This document shows positions 37,791-51,300 of a stretch of 64,000 nucleotides of DNA, piece by piece. Made by a program: the position numbers and the translations under genes. The notes under the pieces were generated by a model. The model made no database searches and was not told the DNA's origin. It saw only the letters and a program-made list of their open reading frames with translations. Each line of letters starts with the position of its first letter. Within the stretch, counting starts at the first letter, position 1. This DNA is from Azolla caroliniana (Eukaryota > Plantae > Polypodiophyta): positions 2,356,001-2,420,000 of the forward strand of contig JBHGNT010000002.1 in NCBI GenBank assembly GCA_043228905.1. The letters are read 5' to 3'.

Positions 37791-40700
37791 GATTGTTATG
37801 ATACATGAACTATAAAGATTGTATTTTACATCAAAATGTCGATTCACGAATATGTATAAATAGGTGGTATTCCTTTTGTAAATTTTGTACATTATTTTGT
37901 AAGTTTGTCGTGTCTATTATTGGAAAGCCCTAAACTTTTGGACATGCTAAAAATCAATATATATTGGGTCATTTTTTAATGGCACCCCTTTTTTTGAAAC
38001 GATCACTTTTGTGCCTGTTTTTGACAGAAAGTTCTTAAAATGCGACATATTACATGTTTCAAATGACCCAGAGTTATATTAAAAACTTAAGAGAGTAGGA
38101 AGGTTTACATAAAGATTATTGTAATTGATGTAGAGAACTTCCTTTCAGTGATCCTACTATGTTGATTCCTCTCCCTCTATAACTAAGTGCCTAACTCTAT
38201 GGATTCCTAAGTGTAATTAGCTGTTAAGTAATTAAGTGATTAATGTCTTTAATTAAAGTAATTAAAGCATTAGAGTGAGATGGTTCTCTATCATCTATTA
38301 CACCACCTTATTGTGCATTTAGTTGCCTTTCCACCACCTACCTAAGCGAGCCGAGCCTTAAAAGATGGGACATACAATTCCATGTGATGGGCTAGCTATA
38401 ATTTGAATTGAAGCCAACTAGCTTGCCTTGAATCCAACCAAAGTTGGTCCTCATGATAACTACACAAGCTTGACAATGAGATTGGAGTAGCAAACATTCC
38501 TAAAGATTTCGCTATCCACAATGACAACCGACCAACAATTGTGCAAATCTAACATGGTTAGAAATTATCTCCATGAGTTGGTGATGGCATGGCCCATTAA
38601 CTTTATATCCTCGTACTTGTTATTTCTGTTGTTGCTATCTCTTAGACTAGTTGGTTGGCAACAACTCTAAGTTGGTATATTGCTTTGTGAGCATTGTCTG
38701 GCTTCTACGCATCCATGTAACTTGGTCCATGTAAGAATTCATCTCTAAGAAGCTCATGAAATGATATTTGTAGTAGATCATATTTTGGGGAAGTTCCTTT
38801 AGTGTGACCAACGTCTTCTAGGTATAGAGTTGCCTTAAGGCTTTGCCATGGTCTTTTGCTCTGTTCAGCATTTTGGAGAGGTATATAATGTGGAGAGGGC
38901 GGAAAGTTCAAAAAATCAAAGTCATGTTGTTGAACCATTTCATCACCTACTTTTACCATGATCCTTTTGGTTGTTCTATTGTCACCATTTTCTTTGACGC
39001 TTTCAATTTCAAGTATTTATGTGTAATTCTTTGTCGACCTATGGGAAGAACCAAATTCTAACATAAGACGCTTGAGGTGGGGAATTAGGAGATATAAATG
39101 ACCCAATGTTGAGACACCTACAAAACAATCACACAATACTAACAATAAGGAAATAATAAGGAGCTCATACTTAACCAACACAAAATTGAGTAGAGATATG
39201 TAAATGGACAACATATCGCTAACATGAAATAACCATGGAGAACATATCACTTCAAAATTAGACATTAAATATCTCTAGACTCTAATTGCAATCTCTATTG
39301 TTTGATGACTTGATGTGTACTTGAAAATATTAAACACTATGAAGTTATGTTATATCTGTTGCTAAATTAGTGAGAATTGTTTGGCTTTAAATAATTCATG
39401 AAGCATTAATATTATTACAATAATGTGAACTAGAAGAAAATAAATGCCACAACAACATCGATCAAATATACATCATAGTTCAAAACATTTTGAAAATAAA
39501 TAAATGAGATTTTAAATTAAAGAATGCATCCATTATTTCTTTGTCACTCTCACAATGATATCAAAGGATATGACAATGTATGACTACAACACAAATACGA
39601 GACGTGCAAGGCATGTTATGGTTTATCTCCCCATGGAATCCCATTGGTCTCATGTAGGGTTGGGAGCTCTCTCTCAAGAATAACATGATCATTGGTGGTC
39701 ACTTGCAGTTGTGAATACTATGGTTATAGTAGAGATCCTCCCTTTTTTATGTTTGTTTGAAAGTGGAATGGGTCCCCATATGGAATCTCCCTCAATATTG
39801 TGTTATATGTCAAATCTCAACACCCTATAAAGGAGCTTCTACAATCCTAAAGGAGAAAAAAACAAGACAGAACAAAAGTTTTATATTTCTAACAAAACCT
39901 AAAGCGTGCATTTGCTTCTTTCCACCATGAATTATTCCACATTAGAGTTATTCAACCAATAAACTTATTAAAGTGAAAGTAAACATTCCCTTAACAACGC
40001 TAGATTGTTCATAAGCCTAAGTTAAACATATATATAGTATAGTTTTGCAACAAAAGAACTTCAACATTAATAACTTAACCAAAACACAACGTCTCTATAA
40101 TACCCAAAGCTTTTAATTGTGAAAACAAAAGGAGATTGTTACAACTCTAATCACATTGGCAGTTGTGTTGACATAATTAAAAAGTAAATCACATACGATT
40201 AAGAAAATGATCGGTAAAGAAACCCCCCAAAGATCAATTGGGTGGGCTATCGTTACAAAATTTCGCTATTTTTAGCTTGGTAGGGGAATCTACTAGAGGA
40301 ACCATTTTGGGCATTAAGGTGGGGTCAAGTTAACAGAGGGTGTTTTGTTGGGCATTGCACTGCTTGAGAATTAAAGAAAAATAAAATGACAAAGGGATGA
40401 AAAGGGATTAGAACATCTACGAGTTATTAGTTGTTTCAATTAGGGATTCAAGGAGTGGTGCGTGTGTCACATTAATAGCCTACTTGGTGCATTGATATGG
40501 TACTAAGTATTAATGAAGTAAATATGGAAAATACTAGGGACTCATGAGATAAAATGAGAAGTAGAAAATGAGAGAGGTGTAGAAAATGAGATAGATTGAT
40601 GATACACATACTAGATTCAAGATCTATAGAGATGGTGGTATGTTAGTGTTCTCCGGAGACCACGAGGATGATAGATGCAATGAGTACATAGATATGTTAC

Positions 40701-40939
40701 AAGGGACTTCGAGTGGCCACAAACATGGCCAATGTTTTCGTGGGGCACTAGATGAGCGACAAGAGTCTCCTACGTGTGTGATCGGGATGTCTAGATGCTT
40801 TTCGAAATGTTTGCTTCTAGCAATGCCTAAACAACGTTGAGAGACTAGTCTAGTAGTGATAAGATGTGGGGGACTAGATGTGAGGTGTTGCTACAAGGGG
40901 GTCCTCCTAAGTGGTGTTGTCGGGATGCCCGATGGTTTA

Positions 40940-41065
40940 CCGGAAGTCTGCTCCTCGCAAGGACCTAACTAACTAAACAAGCCGAAAGTTTGCTCCTCGC
41001 AAGGAACTAATGAACTAAACAAGCCGAAAGTTTGCTCCCCGCAAGGACCTAATGAACTAAACAAG
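40940..41065. repeat. Three tandem 42-bp repeats just downstream of the S40 gene
   Basis: ccgaaagtttgctcctcgcaaggacctaatgaactaaacaag x3 with few mismatches. Confidence 0.9.
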
Positions 41066-41111
41066 CCGATCGATCGAGGAGACGGGACGGGACGGGATGG
41101 GACGGAATCAA

Positions 41112-41744
41112 TCAAATGAACCCTGTTTGCTTGAGAATGGCATTGCGAACTTGTCGGAGATCTCGGCCTTTAAGGGTACGGCCCACGCCTTGGCATAGAG
41201 AGAAGGCCGATCCGCCATAGCTAGTGACCGCCGCCCGTTGCTCGGCTACCATCACGTGAGGCGGCACATGCCACGAGCGCGGCCGAGCCGGAGGAGACAC
41301 GCGTGCCGATCCTCCTCCTCTTCCTTCCTCTTCTCCTTCTCCTTCTCCTCCTCCTTCTTCTGCTGCTGCTACTGCTTCATTTTCTCCATCTTCTTCCAAG
41401 TCTTCTCCTCCTGTCTCTTCCACAAGATTTCCTCCGATCTTCTCCATCTTCGGGGCATAGTGATTCCTGCGAACCGGGATGTCTATAGAATTGCTGGATG
41501 AAGAAGAAGAAGAAGAAGAAGATGATGATGATGATGATGAAGATGGAGCAGATATGGTGGAGGTATGATCAGAACTCCTGCAATTAAGAGTATGGTGATG
41601 GTAGTAAAGATCTATGGCGGCGGAGAGGCCAGGCGAGGAGGAGGGCTGCGTGAAGCTAGGCAGTCGAGGAGCCATCGCCATCGCCGCCGCCGCCTGATGA
41701 TGACGATCTGCGCTGCTGCTCTTCTGCATGTGTGCAGAGTCCAT
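41112..41744 (-). CDS. Senescence regulator S40 / DUF584 family protein (intronless)
   Basis: C-terminal signature VPPHV...AFSLCQGVGRTLKGRDLRQVRNAILKQTGFI; SIDIP motif, poly-Ser and acidic tract; first in-frame ATG at 41744 (the ORF track starts at a TTG). Confidence 0.93.
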   Translation of the reverse strand: MDSAHMQKSSSADRHHQAAAAMAMAPRLPSFTQPSSSPGLSAAIDLYYHHHTLNCRSSDHTSTISAPSSSSSSSSSSSSSSSSSNSIDIPVRRNHYAPKMEKIGGNLVEETGGEDLEEDGENEAVAAAEEGGGEGEGEEEGRGGGSARVSPPARPRSWHVPPHVMVAEQRAAVTSYGGSAFSLCQGVGRTLKGRDLRQVRNAILKQTGFI

Positions 41745-41866
41745 GTCTGTCAGTCGGTGATGGAGGCTGCAAAGAAGGTGCAGGTTTTTTTTAGGGTTTG
41801 GAATGGGAGAGCTCAGCGCAAGCAAAGCCAAAATGCATCAATGGCGCCGCTGCAGATTCCCACCTC

Positions 41867-41907
<41 letters not shown>

Positions 41908-41992
41908 TTAGGGTTTAGGGTTTGTCTCCTTCCGCCTGTGTCAAAGTACATACATACATATACGTATACATCGCCATCGCCATCGCCATCAC

Positions 41993-42033
<41 letters not shown>

Positions 42034-42067
42034 CTTCTTCTGGCCTTTCTTTCTCGCCTCCCTCCAA

Positions 42068-42200
42068 CCGCGTGCCGCCACGTGGCCTTCGCCATCCCCG
42101 CCTCGCGTCATCGTCCACGTCAGCTCTGTCCTGCTCACGTGGCCGGCGCCCCATTGGCTACTTCGCCTAAAGGTCCTGCCACGTGGATGCATCCAATTGG
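42068..42200 (-). promoter_or_regulatory. ABRE/G-box cluster and CCAAT boxes upstream of the S40 gene
   Basis: GCCACGTGGC 42077-42086, CCACGTCA 42115-42122, CACGTGGC 42136-42143, GCCACGTGG 42178-42186, CE3-like CCGCGTG 42068; ccattgg/ccaattgg at about 42152 and 42193. Confidence 0.75.
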
Positions 42201-45200
42201 CTCCGTGATCTTTTGAGCACTTTTCTAAATAATAATATAGCTTTTTGGAATAAATCAATGAATAAATCATTTTAAATTTTAGATGCTCCTGTAATAAAGA
42301 CTTTTTCAAGAAAAAAGAAAAAGAAAATGTAATTAATTCCTCTTTTTCTTCCCAAAACTTAATGCAAAAGAATTAAAAGAGAGATAACAATTTTATTGGT
42401 ACCTAAATATAAATAACCAAGTCAAAACCAAATAAATTGGGGATATATATATATATATAATATCTATAAATAAATAGGTATATATATACATATAGTATAT
42501 TATTGAGTTCAATTAGATACAAATGATTGGGCTCTTTCTCATTACTTAGAAATACATGTAATCAGTGGGCTCTTTCTCAATGGATAGAAATCATTGGGCT
42601 CTTTCTCATCTCTTAGAAGATTTCAAGTTTTAGAAATCGCTCGAGCTCCAATGCCTGTACTAGAGCCGTACGGGGGCTACTCATGTGGATTAGAAACTTG
42701 AGGTGCATCGTCTTAGCCTTGACTGACCACATATGTACGCAATTCCAATAATGCAGGAGACCATTCTTTCTACTTCGTGTTGTTGCCTACGCAACACCCC
42801 CATCTTGCCTGCTCAATGTGTCACATTCTTGCTCCACATACCAATAGGAAAACATTGGGCGAGCATTCTTTTATTTCCTTGGTGTCATTGCCTACACATC
42901 ACATGTATGTCTGTATGCTTATCTTGTCAACATGTCACATTATCGTTATACATACTACAAACCAATGGTTAAACATTCCTACCTTCCATTGTTCTCTTTT
43001 AGCCCCATGGTAGTAACTATTTCTTGTCACTTGTGTGTACCATATTCGCCCCCCCTAGAGGTCTCACGCACACAAATAAGTTTTTAAAAAAAGGAAAAAA
43101 GAAAACATTTCAAATTTCTAAATTAGTGTTTTACCCATGTTATTTAGGTACATTATCTATTCAATGCTCTAGTGGTTTCGTCTTTTCATAGTTACCAAAC
43201 AATTACCCTTGACGTCAACTTGGCAATGCATCTCCACCTCACTCGCTTGTCACAATCCCAAATTTATAAAAAAATGCATTTCTTCAATTTCCTAGTTGCA
43301 TTTTGTAAGGCACTCGGCTATTTTCAACCCTTGTCTCATGGTTTTAAGAAATATTTTAGTTAACCTTAATTATTTAAGGGAAACCAAGGTCATCAAACTT
43401 AAACAAGGAGGCACTTAAATAGTAGTCTAATATGAAGGCTTACTTTTTGGGACGGGTTTAGGAGAAAGTGTTAGTTATAAAGTGTCAAAGGAAAAATATA
43501 TATCCATAATTTCTATTAGTGAATATATTGCTTCATACTTGATCATGTCTGATATCAAAGGTGTCTGTATTGCATCGTAGAGTAATATGTTATTTTTCCA
43601 TGTATGGTAAACCAATGCTCATCTTGCTTCCCCTTCTCAAACAACCACAAAAAAAGAACCACATAAATTTCAAAGACATCATTCAAAACATATGCCTTTT
43701 ATTTAGAGTATAGAAAGAACAAAAAATGTATGAGTTTGACCTCCACTGTCATTGATGCTTATTTAATACCTCTTACATTGTGCTCCTCTTGAGCCAACTC
43801 TTCTTTGATGCACGCCAATCTCTTGTTTATGGGGACAAATGTTACTTGTATTGGGTTTGAGTCTCACTCGGGCTTTAAAGTTTGTCAATGGTAAGAATGA
43901 CTCTTTGTAGTCATATACAATATTTAGTTAAAGCATATTACCGTTAATTTTCTTTTGCATGTTTTCTTATAGGCTATCCTCAAACCGGCCAATTAATCTC
44001 ATATTGGTAGAATCAATCATGTTTCTAAAGTACTTCTTCGCGGCACATTTGCAAATTATATCTTACAAAAACAACCTTGGCATTAATTTCTTCTTAACAT
44101 TGTCATGCCCAAAATGGTAAGAACGATAATGTGGTTGCATAGTTCGCCTTAGGTTTCTATGCAAACATGAGCTTTTTAAACATTCGGAACATCCCCAGAT
44201 GATTCCATCTCAATCAATGAGAAATAAGGTAGCCTTAGGGAGCTTTTGCAATTGGTTTTCAAAAAACAATGTCATGATTTTTGCACCAGAAGTCTAAACT
44301 TGAGCAATCCTTGGTGTTCTAGAATCCTCGCTCACTTTGACATTTACAATAACAATGATGGATTGATTATGGCAACATCTACTCAAACCTTGGGCACCCC
44401 TAATGTAGAAGTACACTAATGACATGCTATTTCTTACGAGGCCTAAATTCAAGTCAAAATATTTGTAGTGAATGCCTTCTCGAGGGAAGTTATATATGTA
44501 AAAAGTTCGGTAGATACATGAGTGACGTGTTTTGACTCGGTAGAATTTCAAAATTTGTACTTCTTGAATCTCCACCATCTCAATGGATGGGGTAGGTAGC
44601 ATAAACATTATTTCTAAGATGTCTAGCCATTCTAGATTTCTCAAAAAAAATCTCCAACTAGATCATTCTATTGTGCCATTATTGCTACCACACATTTATT
44701 CTCTTCTTATCACGACATAATGTTATCACATAAATAAAATATGGATTGCACTCATAAATAAATAAATATTGTATTTTCTTGCCTTATACTTGTAAACATA
44801 CCAAAGTGAGCATTCGACAAGGAAAGGTTCCCAATATTTCATTAGTTTTTTTTGTCTCCATTGTCAACATTGTGTTCATAAAGATTTGAATATCAACTTA
44901 ATGTCCTACTATTTCCATCCACATCTATTTGTAGTTGTCTTGGTTCTATATTCCTTTACCTATAGTGTCCATAAAATACTTTATTTGAGTTATTGGTCCT
45001 TGAAACAAATTTCGAAACTTCATGAAAATGCTTTTATTTAGCAAAAAGTAAGCGCCAAACCCAAAATGTTTGTCCCATATCCTCATATATCCATTTTTCT
45101 TTGATAGAGTTAGTTTTCCACTATATGTTACAACTTATAGTTATTCTCTTGTTTTTCAAGTTATATTTCAACTCCTCTCAATTAATCCAACTAGCATGAA

Positions 45201-45400
45201 CACCAATGACCAAAGCTATCAATCACCATAGAGTGGTAAGGAATAAGGTGATTATTCCTTGACAAATTTTGAAACTTGTCACGATCTTCATCTATAGCAA
45301 TGTTTATTGCATCAGACATCCAAGGATTTATTAAACACTCCATAAGCTGATTCTCTATCAAGTTTGGCAATAGATTGTTGGTTACCCTTTTGGCCCGAAA

Positions 45401-45675
45401 TAAGGTAAGAAAATACATCCATCATAATTTACCAAAGCAATATCCATTGTCTTGGTTGCAAAATGCTCAATTTGAAAGTCATCCAATATTGCATTGTGAA
45501 AAATTAAAACAAAATTCACCTCCCAACCACGGTCATACAATAAGGTAAGAAAATACATCCATCATAATTTACCAAAGCAATATCCATTGTCTTGGTTGCA
45601 AAATGCTCAATTTGAAAGTCATCCAATATTGCATTGTGAAAAATTAAAACAAAATTCACCTCCCAACCACGGTCA
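45401..45675. repeat. Near-perfect 140-bp tandem duplication
   Basis: taaggtaagaaaatacatcc...cctcccaaccacggtca at 45401 and 45541. Confidence 0.9.
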
Positions 45676-46755
45676 ATGTAATTTTTTTGATGTTTCACCA
45701 TTTGGGCAAGTTTGGTTTTCATGTCTCTCTCTCTCTCTCTCTAGATTTTTGGGTGCTTGGTTTATGCATGATTCATAGTCAAGACCTCACTCAAGTGTAT
45801 GGGTAAGTGAACGAAATAATGTGAGAGTAGTAGATAATTGCATTGGGATCAACAGAGCTATTTTGGAAGATATCTAGTTGAATTGTGATAGATTTCATAT
45901 GATGATGAAAACTACTGTAAATGGACATGAATGCATGTTTTAAAAGTCAACATTATGAGGTGGCTTTAAGAATTTAGGTATAAAATATGGGGAAGAGGAT
46001 CCCTATAAGGGTTATTGATCTTGATGAAGCCTTGGTATCGAGTGTGTTCTTGTGCCTTCAAGTTTTGCTTGTGCTTAGCCTTCATAGGTGTCACACATTC
46101 GAGTAATATAGTAATAGAAAAAGCAATGGGCTAAAATTACATGAGAAGAAATGAGAGGTGGGCACCAAATTTGGAGCACAATTGAGGAAAATAAACAAGA
46201 GGATTTAAAAAGGAAAGTAAAAAAGAAGGAAAGGAAATGCCGAAGGGCTAAATAGAAGGAAGGAAATGAAGCAAAATTTAAGAAGCGTGAAGATTGAATA
46301 TACCCAATAAAGCAACCTTAAACTTGTGATTGAGGACAAAAAGATTGGGACGTTGTGTATTGGTTATTAGATCCAATCTCTCTTCAACATATTCTTTCAT
46401 GTTACTCCATGATAGACTTTAAATGTGTGTATCAATAATGGGGATTACTCTATTTGTGGGTTGAATGTACCACCTTTGGGTCATTGTTATGCATTCTTAC
46501 CAATGGAACATCGAGACCTCGATCTTCTCTCTAGAAATAAAGGTAAACGGAACATGTAAAAAAAAAAGAATACGATGATGGTTGTGCTAGATGGTACAAG
46601 AAAAACATTAAAATCAATTCATGATAGAGGAAATGATGATTTGGGTGGGCCAAGAATCTTATTTGCATGGTACAAGAACCTTAAGCAAACCATGGGTTCA
46701 GTTAACTCATGATTGGAGAATTAGGAAATATAACTAACATAGTATCAGAAATAGT

Positions 46756-47256
46756 TCAAGGGCATATGAAGTTGGGAAGGGGGCGTGAGAAACCGCAAGT
46801 GGTCATGATGTTGGCGATGATGTCCAACTTGGGGACATTGATGTCAATGATACCCAATACATTTACATCGAGAGCCAAGCAAAGACATATCTCGATGTCC
46901 ACACCTAAAAGACCCAAAAGTGGGCAACACTCATGACTAATGCCACCTCCCAACAACGGGCTACATACGCCGATATTCACGATGTTGATTGGACAAGTTT
47001 TAGGGATTTCGTGTCTACCATTGCCATCAGGACTTTCGCCATTTTTGCCGCCTTCACCAGAGCTTCCATCGCCTCCTTTTCCTTCATGACCTCCACCACC
47101 TCCATATCTGTCACTTTCTCCTCCATGGTGGCCCGACGTTTCTCCCGGAAACGAGGGAGGGCAATCAGTGTTAGATGTAGCATGACAAAGGGAGCTAGAA
47201 CTGGATATAACTAACACCATCATGGCACACAAAAACAATGCTAACACTTGTGCCAT
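46756..47256 (-). CDS. Secreted hybrid glycine-rich protein with an 8-Cys (HyPRP/LTP-like) domain
   Basis: Signal peptide MAQVLALFLCAMMVLV; Gly-rich linker; C-terminal C..C..CC..CxC..C..C pattern (CPINIVNIGVC...CCPLL...CLC...CG...FICP). Confidence 0.9.
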   Translation of the reverse strand: MAQVLALFLCAMMVLVISSSSSLCHATSNTDCPPSFPGETSGHHGGESDRYGGGGGHEGKGGDGSSGEGGKNGESPDGNGRHEIPKTCPINIVNIGVCSPLLGGGISHECCPLLGLLGVDIEICLCLALDVNVLGIIDINVPKLDIIANIMTTCGFSRPLPNFICP

Positions 47257-47376
47257 GGTAAGCACACCACGTGGTGTAGCACCTCTCTTATTGTAAAGTT
47301 AGCCTTCTTCTTCTTCTTCTTCTTCTTCTTCTTCTATTGCTGCTACTTCTTCTTATTAGTTGATGAAGTGTGGCCC

Positions 47377-47384
47377 TTTATATA
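47377..47384 (-). promoter_or_regulatory. TATA box of the 8-Cys protein gene
   Basis: TATATAAA on the minus strand ~120 bp upstream of the ATG. Confidence 0.6.
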
Positions 47385-48369
47385 CTACTATCACTCCTTA
47401 TTTTAAGATTGAGCAGTTGAATGTGTAATAAGAATCCCCATGTGTAAGTGCATGTCTTTGTCTACCCATTCATCCATCAGCTAGACCTTGGGGATTTAGG
47501 AAAATTACTAAGTTGGTGCTATTCAACCAAATAACTTTTTTTCCCCCCATAAAATTATCATCCATTGGTATGTTCAACCAAATAACTTGATTCCCATTTA
47601 TACTAGTAATATGAAAAGAATCAATCCCCATTCTTTCTTTACCTTAAAATTCATTTGGAATTTCTCCACATAGCAATACCTCCATACCAACAAAACAACA
47701 TAGTGTCCATATATTATTATTAATCTTTGCAGAATCTCCCATGATCTTTGTCCTTCTCCTCGATAACATTTATCCTTCTGTCTTAAGATAAGCTTGCACC
47801 ACCTGAAGCTCAAAGTTACTTTCTTTTCTGTTTTATTTCTTTTAGATTCCCATAAAGTTTCAATGTCGGTTCTACAAAGAAAATCTAGTAGATCGAGTTA
47901 CTTTAACTTTCAGGGCACATGCATGTCAATTATAGTTTCAACTTGACTAAAAATGTGATGTAGGCACTTTTTAAAATTTTAGAGTAACCATGAAAATCTA
48001 GAATAAAAAAACAATTAACCTTCTAGTATGTACTCGAGAATGTTGGCATAGATCCCTACTTGCCATTTGGCAATTAGACCGATTACGTGGTAAGGCTCTC
48101 TATTACAAGGGTTGCAATAGAGGCCTACAACAACCCAAATGACATTTTGTACCGATGGGTGTTTCTCGATTGCTCGTTGAGGACGAGAGAGAGAGAGAGA
48201 GAAAGAAAGAAAGATATATTAACGTCTTCTAAGGCCAAAATTGGCCCATGAGACAGTTGGTTTACAACAAAAATGAGTGTTTATCCAATCATCAAAACTA
48301 AAATATAAAAAAAATAGCTTAAGCTAAAAGAGTTCTAGTAGTGTACAAAACTTTGCACTAAGCCTAATT

Positions 48370-51300
48370 TCATTTCCACCCAAGTCTCTCAAAAAGAAGT
48401 GGGAGGTCAAAGGTTTTTGGTGTGGGTGTGACCCATGGTCCCGGTGTATAGAGTGCCCCCGCCATGGCTTCTAGGCGGTGTAGCTCACGTTCCCTTATTT
48501 TCTTTATTGCTTCAACATCTCGTCGAGTTACTTTGAAACCCGGCATCTGAGGGCGTTTGGTTCTTCTTTGATTTTCTGCTTCATCAAGGAAAAGCCCGAG
48601 TGGTGCAGGTATGTCGACATTCATTGTCTCCCCATGTTCCTGAAAAACTTCATTTGTTACATGTTGGTAAACATTGGCAACATTATTATCAACGTTTTGT
48701 AACTTATTCTCTCTGTGTTGTTTCAATTCTAAGATGTATCTGCCTAGTTTCTTTATATCTAGTGTATCTAATAGTTTAGGGAGGGTGGGAGAGGAACCAA
48801 GTATGTCTTGGTATTTTGCCCTTATCTCGGCATAGGTGGGACATTTGCATGTAAAATGGTACTCATCCTCTATCTCTATGTGGCATAACCTACATATCCT
48901 TTCCTCCCTAGGGACTCCATTAGTACGTCCATTCTCAATCTCAAGTTGGTGAGATGATATTCTAAGTTGACCAATGGCAACCCTTAGTGCATGTGGTAAG
49001 AATACATCTAGATATCTTGGCCGCGTAATAAAACCTAACTTAGATAAGTGCATGAAGTGTTCCTTATAGTACAACATTTTAGATGGGAGTGGCTCTAGTG
49101 GGGTGATCCATTTATACCGAGTATAAATTTGCCATATTTCTTGGCGTATTACTTTATTACGGTCCTCATGAGAGATTAAAGTCTTATCAGTCGTGTGGTC
49201 ATACTTAAGGGGGGGGAGGTTATTAATGTCTAGACCATTCGCAAGAAGCCAACTCACCATCATGCCATACCATGAGCTAGTATAGCCGGACTCATACAGT
49301 GCTCGAGAGGCCTTAAAGGCTTGATGGGATATTCTATCAAGTGGTTGGTTATGTATCCTATGGATAAAGACTACAAGTTAAAAAAGTGCTTCTACTAACA
49401 TCGGGGGTAGAGCGAACTCAACCCTACTAATGTCATATGGGACCGACGATTTGCTTCGAAGTTGGCGTGATAACATCATCACCAATGGTCTCTCTAATTG
49501 CGTCCACATGAAAGATGGTAGTCCTGGAGCCCAAACCGCTGATGCATACATGAGAGAGGGAGTCACTAATGAGTCAAAGAGCCACCCTTTAGTTCGTGGC
49601 TCTTGGAAGTATGCTTGATGGCATTGTCTCTCAAGGAGTGAGAGGGATGCATGTCCTCTCGTAAGTCTATCCTTTGCTGCTTGTGTCATCGAAAATTTAC
49701 CTGAGCAGGCATTGAAAGTGACTCCGAGATAGACATATGATCCAACCACCTCAACTGGGCTATGGGAGATAGTTAGGTGACACTTAGCTCTAACTTGGGC
49801 CGACGTGTGGAAGATAAGGACTTTAGTTTTCCCTAGATTCACTACCAATCCTCATTGTATGAAAAAGTCATCTAAGGCATTAAGGTGCCTTTGTAGGTCG
49901 TGTTCAGATTCAGAGAGCAAAACTATGTCGTCTGCATAGAGCAGGATACGCACCTGCATATCCCCAAGGACTACTCCATTGCCTCCCTTACGAGCAATAA
50001 AATTTGTGATCTCATCAATGTAGATCCCAAAAAGAGTCGGAGATAAGGGGCAACCTTGTTTTACACCAATAGTGCTAGTGAAACTATCAGATAGGCCACA
50101 TGGGCATCAAACACACCCAGACACTTGCTCATATGGTACGTAGATGGCCCAAACCATGTCATCTGGTATCCTCAAGCTCTTAAGCCTATCAAACAACCGC
50201 TCTCTAGGGACCGTGTCAGAAGCTTTGCGGAAGTCCACAAAACAACAATATAGTTTCTTCTTGCGAGCCTTAGTCTGGTCAATTAAGCATCTAAGTGTGA
50301 AGATATGATCAATAGTGGAGAAGGCTCGTCTAAAGCCAACTTGTTCAGGTGCACAAAGATTTAAGGTCTCCATATAATCGCTAAGCTCTACCTCCATTAC
50401 TGCACCATATAATTTAGCAAGGGTATGACCTATCATAATGGTCCTATATGTATTTGGGTCCATGGGGTCCCCCCCTTTATGTATGGGGGCCACTGTGTTC
50501 ATGGTCCATTGTGGTGGAAAACCCTCAGCGAGGGCATGATTGAAGATTAGAGTTAGCAAGGGAGTTAGGCACTCTCTCGCATATATGATGTGTTCTGCTC
50601 GCAATCCTGTGTGGTCCATGGACTTCCTATGTTGTAATTTCTTTATGACCTTCATGACCCTAGAGGTCGTGAAGAGTGTCCCCACCGTAGGTCGGGGTGT
50701 GGAAGGCAGTGGAATGGGTGGTTGGTTTGGGATTTGGTAAAGTCTCTCTGTATAAGTGTGCCAGGTTTCGGGATCTTCGACGAGTGTTTGTGGTCTTGGT
50801 TCCCGTAATCTCTTCCATGCAGTGGCACAATTGCTACTCAAGAGCATATGGTAGAGTTCCCAAAATTGGGATGCCTCCCATGCTCGTCTCTTACGACGTG
50901 TCATCTTGCGCATTTCCTTGCGAGCTTGTACTGAGGTAATACTACCACTGAGTTGCGATATTGTAAGTTGTCTATGTAAGTACCTACAATCCTCATCATA
51001 CCATCTATTTTGTGGCATAGATCCTAATTTACCTTGATTGGAGTGTTTCGTGTATGGGAAACTACTAACTGCTGCAGAGTGAAGGATGTGTGTGAGTTTC
51101 TTACTAAGGCTCTCTAAAGGTAGGGAGGGATCAAGGGAGGAGAGATGGGCTTGAACATGTTGAGCATATATATCAAAGAGCTCATGTGTGAAATGTATTG
51201 TGGTGTGATGGTGTGGTTGACTAGAGTTGGTGACATTAGAGATATCGCATTTTAGCTCGAAGTATAAGAAACTATGGTCTGCGCCAATAGGGCATGGGGC

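Larger units (their letters stand above)
19318..38075. mobile_element. Sola-like TIR DNA transposon carrying a DNA amino-methyltransferase gene (~7 kb once nested insertions are removed)
   Basis: Left atataacacctggtcatttgaaacatgtaatatgtc (19314-19349) vs reverse complement of 38044-38079 atataactctgggtcatttgaaacatgtaatatgtc: 33/36 identical; ATAT at both outer ends as a 4-bp TSD; transposase and MTase genes inside. Confidence 0.85.

Noticed and set aside
40940-41065. Short regularly spaced repeats
   Set aside because: Simple head-to-tail minisatellite without spacers.
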